A stretch of 64,000 nt of DNA from a virus. Taxonomy: Duplodnaviria; Caudoviricetes. Below the pieces are notes generated by a model. That model did no database searches. It had not been told where the DNA came from and saw only the letters and a list, made by a program, of their open reading frames with translations. This document shows, in pieces, positions 42,370-51,451 of this stretch; the stretch's first letter is position 1; every line of letters starts with the position of its first letter. The stretch is from the IMG/VR virus record IMGVR_UViG_3300014205_000006, positions 37,278 to 101,277 of that record. One strand, written 5' to 3'. A program made the translations under genes and the position numbers.

Positions 42370-43132
42370 TGAGACCTCCGCAGTTCAACGGCTTCATGAG
42401 CGGCTCTCACTTCGCCGCCGTGCCGCTCCCCGGTGGACTGGAGGAGCAAGACCCCTCTGCGCTCGTCCAAGGCGGGAAGCCGCTGACCGGCGTGAACGAC
42501 AACCTCGGCGACGGCATGCCGAGTGACCCGATGGTCATGCCCGTCTACACGCCGCCGGTGGAGCCCGTCCTGCCCGACCTCGGGCCCGAGGTCACGCCGA
42601 TTGAATTCCAGAATCTCCTCTGGAAGCGCGGTGTGAAGGATGTTGCGGAAGCCACTTCCCCGCCACAAGGCATGCCCGGTGACACCGATGGTGGATAACT
42701 CCCCGGAAGTCAAAAAGCGCTGTACGCAGCGCCATCTCCTCAACCATCGGACGGGGACGATCCATCACTCGCGCTGCGAAGCGATCAAGGCCGAAGTCAA
42801 CAAGACGAACTTCGAGGAGGTGAGCATGCGCCTCGCCTCTGTGTTCCTCGCGCGCTACAAGCGCTGCGGCATCTGCTACGCCAACGACTGCTCCCGCCCG
42901 TAACAGTCACGACGCTAGACTTGAGCGAGACAGGGGGCCGGGCATGGCAGACCTCAACCAACCCGTGATCACAGGCAGGGATGCCGAGTTCCTCCCGACG
43001 ATCAACCGTGTGCTCCGCACCATCATGCGTCCCGGCGAGGGGTTGATCATCGCGAGTGACGGTGATGTGATCAAACCGCTTCCGGGCCAGACCTTGATCG
43101 TCGCCGTCTCATACGACGACCCGGAGTAGGCT

Positions 43133-44947
43133 GTGCCTGCTCACGCGACGCCGACTGTTCTCACATCCGGATTCACAAACGGATATGCCTTCAACTACAC
43201 GTCGGCATCCATGACGCCCGCCGGTGGAGGCGTGGTGTTCGCGGTGGTGCACCACTCGAACCTTGACGCCGACCCGACGCTCTCAGGGCTCGGTCTGGTT
43301 TGGACAAAGGTTGCCAGCCTCAACTTCTTCTTCAACTTCGTTCACATCTCGCTCTACAAGGGCATCGGCACGCCGACGCCGGGCACGGTGACGATCACCT
43401 ATGCCGCGACGCCGTCATCCTGCGGATGGCAGTTCATCGAGGCAGTCGGGGCGACCGACGTGGTACAGTCAGCGACACAGACCGGCTCCGTCACATACCC
43501 GACTGTCGCTCACAAGTTCCCTCCGGCGACGGTCGCGCTTGCGGCATTCGCCGAACCCACGAATGGGGTGATTGCGGCCGTCACAGGCTATGGATCGTCA
43601 GCGTTCACAAAAGGAGCCGGGTACACGCAATTTGCGACAACGGGTGCAGCGGGAGCGTTCGGCGTTTGCTCTGCCGAATGGTATGGCAGCGCTGATGTCG
43701 CTCCCGGCTGGGCTGCGCAATCAGGCCTGTACGATGGCTATGCGGATGGCTGGGGAGGTCTGGCCGCTGAAATCGCGTACCCGACTGCCACCGCTCCGAC
43801 CGCAACGACCGAGGCGGCGACCAGCGTCACAGACACGACGGCGACTCTGAACGGCACGGTCAACGCGAACCTCGCCGAGGCGACGGTGTCATATGAGATC
43901 AGCCTCAACAGCGACATGAGCGGCGCCACGACGGTCGCCGCGACTCCGGGCGCCGCCGGGGCAGAGGCTGGCGTTGTTGCCTCGACCGGGGCGGCGACGG
44001 GCCTCACGCCGGGCACGCTGTACTACCATCGCGTGAAGGCCGTCAACAGCGTCGGGACTTCCTATGGCGCCACAGAGTCGTTCACGACGGCGCTTGTCGC
44101 GCCGCTCGTCACGGCCATCGCCTCCAACCTCGCCGGGACGCGAGTTGAGATCACATTCGACAAGGCGATGGCAGACCCGACCGGGAAGCACGCTCAGTTC
44201 ACGTACTCCCTCGATGGCGTGGCGGGGACGTTCAGCGCCGCCGCCCTCGACCCCGACAGCACCTCTGTGATCGTCCTCACCGTGGTCGGCCAAATCGTCG
44301 GCGCAGACCACGACCCGCCCCTCGCGCTGACGGTGTCGTACACGGCTGGTACGGTGCTCGCGGCGGACGGCGGCGTGCTGGCGACGTTCAGCGGGACGGC
44401 GGCGACGAATGGCTCTGTCGGCGGGCCCCTCATGGGCGGGACGGCTGATGGCGATACCTACATCCGCGGCACCGCCGACGGTGACACAAGTGTGAGCGGT
44501 ATCGTAAACGGCGCGACCGTGATCGGTGGCACAGTCGATTCAGGAGGCGCTGAGATGATCTATGTGACGGCGGTGGACTCGGCGGGCGAGGACATCGTGG
44601 TCGTCTCGGGAAGCCCTGCGCTTGCCGACAACAAGATCACCAAGAACGGCGCGACCTACAACCTCACTGGCAAGACTGTCACGGCCAAGATTCGCGCCAA
44701 GGACGCGCCGAACACGGCCATCGACGCGAGCCTTGAGACCATCGCCGTCACGAACGGCGGCGGGACGTACACCGAGGCGCAGGGCGGCGTGACCTTCCAG
44801 ATCACGAGCGCGATGCTCGTTCTGCTCCAGCCGCCGAGCGGCAAGGCCCTCGACGTGCTGAAGCGGTACTTCATCCAGTACAACGTCACGACTGACGACT
44901 TCCAACCTGCGGAGGTCATCGAGTTCGCTGTGCGGAGGGGGTTGTAG
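43133..44947 (+). CDS. Ala/Thr/Gly-rich virion surface protein with FnIII/Ig-like domain
   Basis: TATLNGTVN...GLTPGTLYYHRVKAVNSVG FnIII signature. Confidence 0.7.
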   Translation: MPAHATPTVLTSGFTNGYAFNYTSASMTPAGGGVVFAVVHHSNLDADPTLSGLGLVWTKVASLNFFFNFVHISLYKGIGTPTPGTVTITYAATPSSCGWQFIEAVGATDVVQSATQTGSVTYPTVAHKFPPATVALAAFAEPTNGVIAAVTGYGSSAFTKGAGYTQFATTGAAGAFGVCSAEWYGSADVAPGWAAQSGLYDGYADGWGGLAAEIAYPTATAPTATTEAATSVTDTTATLNGTVNANLAEATVSYEISLNSDMSGATTVAATPGAAGAEAGVVASTGAATGLTPGTLYYHRVKAVNSVGTSYGATESFTTALVAPLVTAIASNLAGTRVEITFDKAMADPTGKHAQFTYSLDGVAGTFSAAALDPDSTSVIVLTVVGQIVGADHDPPLALTVSYTAGTVLAADGGVLATFSGTAATNGSVGGPLMGGTADGDTYIRGTADGDTSVSGIVNGATVIGGTVDSGGAEMIYVTAVDSAGEDIVVVSGSPALADNKITKNGATYNLTGKTVTAKIRAKDAPNTAIDASLETIAVTNGGGTYTEAQGGVTFQITSAMLVLLQPPSGKALDVLKRYFIQYNVTTDDFQPAEVIEFAVRRGL

Positions 44948-45063
44948 ATGGAACTGCCTGATCGCATCGTCGCCGCCATGAAGCCCTACCTCGCCCCGGC
45001 GACGCTCGCGCTGGTCGAGAAGCACGTCCTCAAGCGCCGCGAGGACAAGCCCGCCGAGGACGC

Positions 45064-47037
45064 ATGACCGCGCTCCACGACGCCCTCCGCGACTCGATGC
45101 GCTTCCACGGTGATCACGATCAGAGTTCTCACGGGAACCGTGGTGCCAGTACTGGCGGCGAGCCGCGCCACGACAAGGATGGCGCGACGAACATCCAGAA
45201 GATGCTGAAGATGGTAGCGCAGACGTCGGGCCGCGAGCCCGGACGCCCCAAGTCGTCCGCTGCGATCATCCTCGACCACGGACGCGAGTACAAGCCGGGC
45301 CCTGACACATACAAGGGGCCGCGCGGCCAGCAGGGCGCTTGCTACATGAATGCCGGGCGGATGGTGCTGAACTCCTCGGCGGATGAGGGTCTGACCTACG
45401 TCGAGGGCTACATGACGGTGTACGGCATCCCGATTGAGCACGCTTGGGTCGTGGACAAGTCCGGCGCGGTGATCGACCCGACCATCAAGCCCGACGACAA
45501 CGGCCACGCCTACTTCGGTGTGCCATTCACGACTGACTACGTGCGCGAGACGGCGCTGCGGACGGGCATGTGGGGCATCATCAGCGGGATGAGCAACCGC
45601 GAGTTGTTCACAGAGTCAGACGCGCAGACGCGCTCCCACGTCAAGAAGTTCAACGAGGGCGGGCCGGTCGCCGCCGGACTCGCTGTGCTCGCGCTCGACA
45701 CCGGGCGCGTCCTGATGCTCCGCCGGGCATTCAACCCGCACGACGGCTCTGGCGAGGTTGACGAGGCGGCTGGCACGTGGGAGTTCCCCGGCGGCCACGT
45801 TGACGACGGCGAGGATGCGTTTGACGCCGCCCGGCGCGAGTGGGAGGAGGAAGTTGGCCTCACGCTCCCGCCCGGCGCGATTCACGGCGAGTGGACGTCG
45901 CCGAATGGCGTGTACCAAGGCTACGTCTACGCAATCCGCGCCGAGGCCGATGTCCCGTTCAGCAACGACCGTGACGAGGTCACGAACCCTGACGACCCCG
46001 ATGGCGATGGGCGCGAGTCGCTTGCGTGGTGGGAGCCCAACGCGATGCGGACGGGCGAGGGGCTCAGGCGCGAGTTGGCGGGCGACATCGCCCTCGTCTG
46101 CGATGCCATCGGCGAGCGCCCGACCCTCCACGAGGCGCTCCGGGCGGCGCTCCGCTTCCACCTGCCAGGCGAGCACGACCAAGCCGACCACGGCCAGCGG
46201 AACGGCTGGACGGCCTCCAACCGCGAGCGCAAGGAGCGCGAGGCTGCCAAGAAGGCCGGGGCAACGCCCAAGTTGACGAGCAAGGGCATCATCGACACAT
46301 TCATGACGGCACGCTCGTACTCCTCGCCGACGCCCGAGGCGCGCGAGGCATCCCTCAAACTGGCCAAGCAGTTGTACGAGGCCGAAGGCGTCAAGGTTGA
46401 AATTCGCTCCATCACCAACCAAGGCTCTGCGCCGTTTGTCGAGATGGAGATTTGGCCGGATGGCCCGCGCGGCCCGCGTGACGAACCCCTCGCCTCGCTT
46501 GTGCGCGAGTTCCGTGAAGGCGGCGACGTTCACAACTCGTACTTCAGGATCAACCGGGGCGACATGCAGGGCGGAGGCCTCGCCGCTCGCATCGCCGCGC
46601 ACTCTGAGCGCCAGTTGTTCGAGGCGGGCTTCAAGACCCTCAGCCTCAACGCGAACATCGATGTGGGCAAGTACGCATGGGCCAAGCAGGGCTTCGACTT
46701 CGCCGACCCGCACGTGGCAACTGAAAAGCGCGAGCGCCTTGTCGAGTTCGTCGCCAAGGAGACGGGCCTCAACATCGGGCAGGCAGAGGCGAAGGTCGCA
46801 CAATTGGCGCGGGCCAACGGCGGTCTGAAGCATGCCTGGGAGTTCGCGGCGCTTGACGACGGCAAGAAGTACGAGTGGAGCAGCAATAGCAAGAGGGGCG
46901 ACGGGCACCTGGGCAAGGCCTTCATGCTCGCCGACTGGTCTTGGGATGGCGTGAAGCAACTCGACCCTGACTCCACGTCGCAGAAGGTCTCACGCGCCTA
47001 CATCGAGGCCACGGCCAAGAAGGGCGGCAAGAAGTGA
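45064..47037 (+). CDS. polyprotein: tag - papain/transglutaminase-like domain - NUDIX - tag - GNAT-like domain
   Basis: GACYMNA..YVEG..EHAW..IDPT (Cys-His-Asp); WEFPGGHVDDGEDAFDAARREWEEEVG (Nudix box); QGGG..GKYAWAKQGF; two FH-HDQ tags. Confidence 0.8.
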   Translation: MTALHDALRDSMRFHGDHDQSSHGNRGASTGGEPRHDKDGATNIQKMLKMVAQTSGREPGRPKSSAAIILDHGREYKPGPDTYKGPRGQQGACYMNAGRMVLNSSADEGLTYVEGYMTVYGIPIEHAWVVDKSGAVIDPTIKPDDNGHAYFGVPFTTDYVRETALRTGMWGIISGMSNRELFTESDAQTRSHVKKFNEGGPVAAGLAVLALDTGRVLMLRRAFNPHDGSGEVDEAAGTWEFPGGHVDDGEDAFDAARREWEEEVGLTLPPGAIHGEWTSPNGVYQGYVYAIRAEADVPFSNDRDEVTNPDDPDGDGRESLAWWEPNAMRTGEGLRRELAGDIALVCDAIGERPTLHEALRAALRFHLPGEHDQADHGQRNGWTASNRERKEREAAKKAGATPKLTSKGIIDTFMTARSYSSPTPEAREASLKLAKQLYEAEGVKVEIRSITNQGSAPFVEMEIWPDGPRGPRDEPLASLVREFREGGDVHNSYFRINRGDMQGGGLAARIAAHSERQLFEAGFKTLSLNANIDVGKYAWAKQGFDFADPHVATEKRERLVEFVAKETGLNIGQAEAKVAQLARANGGLKHAWEFAALDDGKKYEWSSNSKRGDGHLGKAFMLADWSWDGVKQLDPDSTSQKVSRAYIEATAKKGGKK

Positions 47038-47702
47038 TCCCTGTGATCCTGCCCAAGGACGCGCCCCATGAGGGCTCTGACGAGGACTTCTGGCTGCCAG
47101 ACGAGGATGACGACGCCGAGTGGCTTGACGCGATGAAGCGCATCGACCTCTCCGAGCCGGACGCGGGTGACGTCCACGTTGACGGCGTCCTCAAGTTCGA
47201 GCCCGCCGACGATGAGGATGAACTCATCGACCGTGATGACGACGGGCACCGTCCGCGTCTCCATGAGCGACTCCTCGCCGCGCTCCGCCCGCTTCGTGAG
47301 CGGCTTCGCGACGCGATGGGCTTTCACGCAGAGCACGATCAAGAGGATCACGGCAACCGCGATGGCGGCGGCAAGGAAGGCGAGAAGGGTGGCGGGCGTC
47401 GCGGGCGAGGACGTTGGACCGACCTCGGCGGCGGGCCGAACCGCAACCCTGAGTTCGAGCAGCCGCGCCGCTTCCGCATCAACCGTCACGCGAAGGGGCG
47501 CATGGTTGAGCGCCGCGTGTCAGAGGAAGCCGTCGAGTACGTGCTGAAGAACTACGGCATGAAGATTCCCGCCGCGCCCATCCCCGGCGCGCCGCGCTCT
47601 GAAATTCGCCTCGGCAACTTCCGTGGCCGTCCGCTGGCCGTGTACGTCGAGGAGGATTCCAACCCGCCGTACGTGAAGACGGTCGCTTGGAGAGACGAAT
47701 GA
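47034..47702 (+). CDS. acidic N-domain - tag - DUF4258 (RelE/BrnT-fold) RNase-like toxin
   Basis: HAKGRMVERRVSEEAVEYVL...LAVYVE...VKTV. Confidence 0.75.
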   Translation: MIPVILPKDAPHEGSDEDFWLPDEDDDAEWLDAMKRIDLSEPDAGDVHVDGVLKFEPADDEDELIDRDDDGHRPRLHERLLAALRPLRERLRDAMGFHAEHDQEDHGNRDGGGKEGEKGGGRRGRGRWTDLGGGPNRNPEFEQPRRFRINRHAKGRMVERRVSEEAVEYVLKNYGMKIPAAPIPGAPRSEIRLGNFRGRPLAVYVEEDSNPPYVKTVAWRDE

Positions 47703-49264
47703 TCGAACTGGAGTATGACGCCGAGGATGACATCCTGTATGTCCGGCTCGGGTCGGGCGCGGTCGCGCGCTCGCGCGCGTTCGGCGACTCCCGCATCGTG
47801 GACTTCAACGCGGGCGGCCAGCCCATCGGCGTCGAGTTCATCGGCGCGAGTGCGGGCGTTGACCTGAGCGGCATCCCCGAGGGCGAGCGCATCCGGCGTG
47901 AGGTCGAGGACTTGGCTCTGGAGGAGTCATCGCGGGAGTTCTGCGAAGGCCTCTTGGAGGCGATGAACTTTCACGGCGACCACGACCAGTCCGATCACGG
48001 CAGTTGGGCCGACGGCTCGGCTGACTTCGAGCAGACGGTTGCGGGCGAGCGCGGCAAGAGCAAGTGGTTCAACCCTCTCAAGGACACGCCCGCCGTCCGC
48101 GCGGCCAAGACAGCCGCGTTTGAGGCGGCAGTTGCGCGCTGGGGCAAGACCGATGACTGGACGAAGGGCGGCTACATCCTGAAGGATGGCTCGCAGATTC
48201 AGTTGCGGGGCAACGCCAACGGCAGCACACACGATGAGTTCGCGCGGGCCGCGATGCCGCAGGAGTTGTACCCTGAGGCGTGGACTGAATACGACGGCAA
48301 GCGTGACTATGACTTCGGCCCCGGCCTCACGACGCTCCAACAAGACACCGGCATCATCCGCATCCTGCCCGAGACGGACGGCCAGATGCAGGGTGGCATC
48401 GGCAAGGCGGTCGTGACAGTGAACCTGCCGCCGGGCGGGGCGTCAGACTCGCAGGTGAACCTGCTGGAGTCCATCCTTGGACAGACAGGGCGATTGAGCA
48501 TCACCACTCCGCAGGACGAGTGGTATGACATCACACAGCCCAACGAGTTGCGCCGGGCGAATGCCATCATCAAGGGTGAGCGCGGCCCGCTGACGGACAT
48601 GGAGCGCGCTCGTCTGCGCTTCCACGAGGAGCACGACCAGAGCGAGCACGGCAACTGGGCGTCAGACCTCGCGAGCGGCAAGGGTGGCGTGAAGTCAGAG
48701 TTGAAGTTGGCGCCCGTCCGCCAGCGGGCCTTCAAGGGCGAGCAGGTCTCCATCCCCGACAGGTTCAAACTCAGCAAGTCCGAGACGAGCAAGTTGACCG
48801 AGCAAATCGCCGCCGCCTACGCCGAGCGCGCCGGGCTCCGCAACGCGCGGCTCCTCGGCCACGACGGCAAGAACAACTACCCGGTCGATGTGGTCGCCGG
48901 GCGGACGCTGTACGAGGTCAAGGGCGGGCAGGTGTCGAACAGCGGCGGCGCTCAGCAGTTCCGCATCACCGTCGATCAGAACTGGCAGGCAGAGGCCCGC
49001 GACAAGGCGCGAGCGAAGGGGCCCGAGGCGCTCCGCCGCTTCAATGCCCGCGCGCAGCGCGACGCTCTGGCCCGCAAGGAGAAGGCGGTGGCCGCAGTCT
49101 CTGAGCAAGCGGGCAAGCAGTTCTCTGGCGGGACGATTGGCGTGATCATCAACCCCGTCACCAAGACGGCGGACGTCCACGTGTTCGAGGGATTCCACCA
49201 GCGCATCGGTTGGCGGTCTGAGGAGGCTGAGAGTGGCTATGTCGGAACCTTCCGCTACCGATGA
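47699..49264 (+). CDS. DUF2283 antitoxin - tag - unknown domain - tag - PD-(D/E)XK nuclease-like domain
   Basis: YDAEDDILYVRL...IVDF...PIGVEFIGAS; YPVDVV...LYEVKGG; two tags. Confidence 0.75.
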   Translation: MIELEYDAEDDILYVRLGSGAVARSRAFGDSRIVDFNAGGQPIGVEFIGASAGVDLSGIPEGERIRREVEDLALEESSREFCEGLLEAMNFHGDHDQSDHGSWADGSADFEQTVAGERGKSKWFNPLKDTPAVRAAKTAAFEAAVARWGKTDDWTKGGYILKDGSQIQLRGNANGSTHDEFARAAMPQELYPEAWTEYDGKRDYDFGPGLTTLQQDTGIIRILPETDGQMQGGIGKAVVTVNLPPGGASDSQVNLLESILGQTGRLSITTPQDEWYDITQPNELRRANAIIKGERGPLTDMERARLRFHEEHDQSEHGNWASDLASGKGGVKSELKLAPVRQRAFKGEQVSIPDRFKLSKSETSKLTEQIAAAYAERAGLRNARLLGHDGKNNYPVDVVAGRTLYEVKGGQVSNSGGAQQFRITVDQNWQAEARDKARAKGPEALRRFNARAQRDALARKEKAVAAVSEQAGKQFSGGTIGVIINPVTKTADVHVFEGFHQRIGWRSEEAESGYVGTFRYR

Positions 49265-49427
49265 GTCTGAGGACGTTGTCTTCGCAGACGACGCGCCCCT
49301 GACCGATGAAGAGATGATCGACCTGCTCGGGCCCGAGGGCTTTGCGCGATACCAGCAACAGTTGGAAGAGTACGACAAGTGGTTGGAATCGCAACTGAAG
49401 GTCGCGCCCGACTCGTCTGACGACTGA
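49233..49427 (+). CDS. small acidic protein, candidate immunity protein
   Basis: Overlaps the 3' end of the nuclease gene; GAGGAGG RBS; very acidic. Confidence 0.55.
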   Translation: MAMSEPSATDESEDVVFADDAPLTDEEMIDLLGPEGFARYQQQLEEYDKWLESQLKVAPDSSDD

Positions 49428-49518
49428 CCAACCTCCCCATGGTATAGACGGGCCATGACTCCCACCCCTAGCCTTCCCGCTAACGGCTCATTCAACAGAT
49501 ATGAGTTTGGGGAGACGC

Positions 49519-50901
49519 ATGGCCGACAACACCGCCGAACTTGAAGAGTCCATCGTCAGTCTCCAAGAGGCTGTGATCGACGTACAAGACCACTCGGCGG
49601 CTATGGCCCGCGAAGCGGCTGCCGCCCTCGCCGAGGGAGACTGGGCCACCGCTGGCGAGGCTCTCAACGAGATCATCGACAAGTTCGCCACCGACCCGTC
49701 TGAGGGCAAGGTGGACATCGAGGCGCTCCGCAAGAAGCGCGATGACGACGATGACGACGCCTCCGATGACGACGACAAGCCCAAGGGAGAGATGACCGCC
49801 ATGAGCGAGCAGATGCGCGTGGGGGTCGCCCTTGACGAGGGCGAGCCCGCGAAGCCCATCCAGATTTTCCGCACCGGGGAGTTCAACCACCCGAGGTACG
49901 GCAAGATCATCATCGACCAGAAGATGCTCGGCGAGATCGCCAGCAACTTCAAGTCCCGCGTCCGTGGCCAGGACATCCCCATCGACCTTGAGCACAAGAA
50001 CGACCAAGGCGCGGTCGGCTGGATCAAGGACGTCAAGTTGGAAGAGGGCGCGCTGTGGGCGACGCCCGAGTGGAGCGAGGACGCCGCTCGCGACATCCGT
50101 AACAAGAAGTTCCGGTACATGTCGCCGCAGTTCGGGCCGTGGACCAACCCGGAGACGGGCGCCAAGTTCGATCACGTCCTGATGAGCGCCGCTCTGACCA
50201 ACTACCCCTTCCTCAAGGAGATGGAGCCCGTCAGCCTGAACGAGATTCAGGCGTGGGCCGAGTCGGACAAGTCGGACGGGCCCCCGTGGCTCAAGGACAA
50301 GGACAAGGGCGACGACGGCGAGGACGCCGAGAAGCCCGCAGCCAACGAGGACAAGCCCGCCGACGACGCCGGTGACGACGACGACGACGGTGAAACCAAG
50401 ATGCACGAGGAGCGCAAGATGGACAAGCCGGTGAGCCTCGCGGAGAACCCTGAGTTCATCGCGCTGGCGGAGCAGAACGCGGTGCTGGAGCGCAAGGTCG
50501 CCCTCATGGAGCGCGCGGAGCGGGTCACCCGCTTCAGCGAGATCATCGATGACGGCAACTGGGTCGGCGACCGCGACTCGCACGTCTCCTTCATGGAGTC
50601 GCTGGCCGACAAGTTCGGCGAGGACTCCGAGGAGTTCAAGTTCCACGTCGCGCAGCAGAACGCGACCGCGAAGGTCATCACGTCCTCGCCGATGTTCTCC
50701 GAGCGCGGCACGCGCGGCTCGGGCGTGACGGTCGCGGGTGACGAGGCCATCAAGACCGCTGCTCGTGAGCTGGTCGCGTCCGGCCAGGTCAAGAACTTCA
50801 GCGAGGGTGTCGAAATGGCGATCCAGAACGACCCCGCGCTGTACGAGGCGTACGACCGCGCCCACAAGCAGCGCGTCCGGCGGGCGACCGGCGGCGAGTA
50901 G
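49519..50901 (+). CDS. Mu gpI-like prohead protease/scaffold
   Basis: IPIDLEH, AVGWI, FRYMSP.F, AALTNYPFL, acidic coiled scaffold tail. Confidence 0.88.
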   Translation: MADNTAELEESIVSLQEAVIDVQDHSAAMAREAAAALAEGDWATAGEALNEIIDKFATDPSEGKVDIEALRKKRDDDDDDASDDDDKPKGEMTAMSEQMRVGVALDEGEPAKPIQIFRTGEFNHPRYGKIIIDQKMLGEIASNFKSRVRGQDIPIDLEHKNDQGAVGWIKDVKLEEGALWATPEWSEDAARDIRNKKFRYMSPQFGPWTNPETGAKFDHVLMSAALTNYPFLKEMEPVSLNEIQAWAESDKSDGPPWLKDKDKGDDGEDAEKPAANEDKPADDAGDDDDDGETKMHEERKMDKPVSLAENPEFIALAEQNAVLERKVALMERAERVTRFSEIIDDGNWVGDRDSHVSFMESLADKFGEDSEEFKFHVAQQNATAKVITSSPMFSERGTRGSGVTVAGDEAIKTAARELVASGQVKNFSEGVEMAIQNDPALYEAYDRAHKQRVRRATGGE

Positions 50902-50989
50902 CACCCACCCAGCTGAACAAAACGGGTTGGCGACGTGATAGACACCGGGGAAACCGGCACGAGGCGCGGCGCGGACACGGAGGTCTGAG

Positions 50990-51385
50990 ATGACGGTTTC
51001 GCAGAAGATCAACGAGTTCTCGTACGTCGCCGGTGGCGACCTGTCGAGCAACCAGTTCCGTCTGATGACGCAGGAGACGGACGGCGACGTGGTCGCGGCG
51101 ACCAGCGCCACGGCGGCGCTCTCGCCCATCGTCGGCGTCCTCCTGAACAAGCCCGCCGCCCAAGGCCGGGCCGCTGCCGTCGCCGGCATCGGTTCCATCG
51201 TCAAGGTCGAGGCGGGTGCGGAGATTGCCGTGGGCGACGCGATTCGCGCCGTCACCGGTGGCCGTGGCTCGGCGACCGTGGTCGCGGGCGACTGGATCGG
51301 CGGCTACGCCGTTTCCGTCGCGGGCGGCTCCGGCTCGCTGTTCATGATGTCCGTCCAGCCCGGTCGATTCGCCGGCACCGCCTAG
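50990..51385 (+). CDS. capsid cement/decoration protein (DUF2190-like)
   Basis: Small Ala/Gly-rich protein, VGVL.NKP, KVEAG.EI.VGD; between protease and capsid. Confidence 0.75.
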   Translation: MTVSQKINEFSYVAGGDLSSNQFRLMTQETDGDVVAATSATAALSPIVGVLLNKPAAQGRAAAVAGIGSIVKVEAGAEIAVGDAIRAVTGGRGSATVVAGDWIGGYAVSVAGGSGSLFMMSVQPGRFAGTA

Positions 51386-51451
51386 TCGCGAGGCGGGGCT
51401 TGACTGAGTCCCGCCACGCGTTCGTGAAACAAGTCTGAAGGAGAGTCCCTG

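Noticed and set aside
23554-48652. HDQ repeats as a DNA repeat, CRISPR or DGR element
   Set aside because: Copies are dispersed, in-frame and vary synonymously; there are no spacers and no reverse transcriptase.
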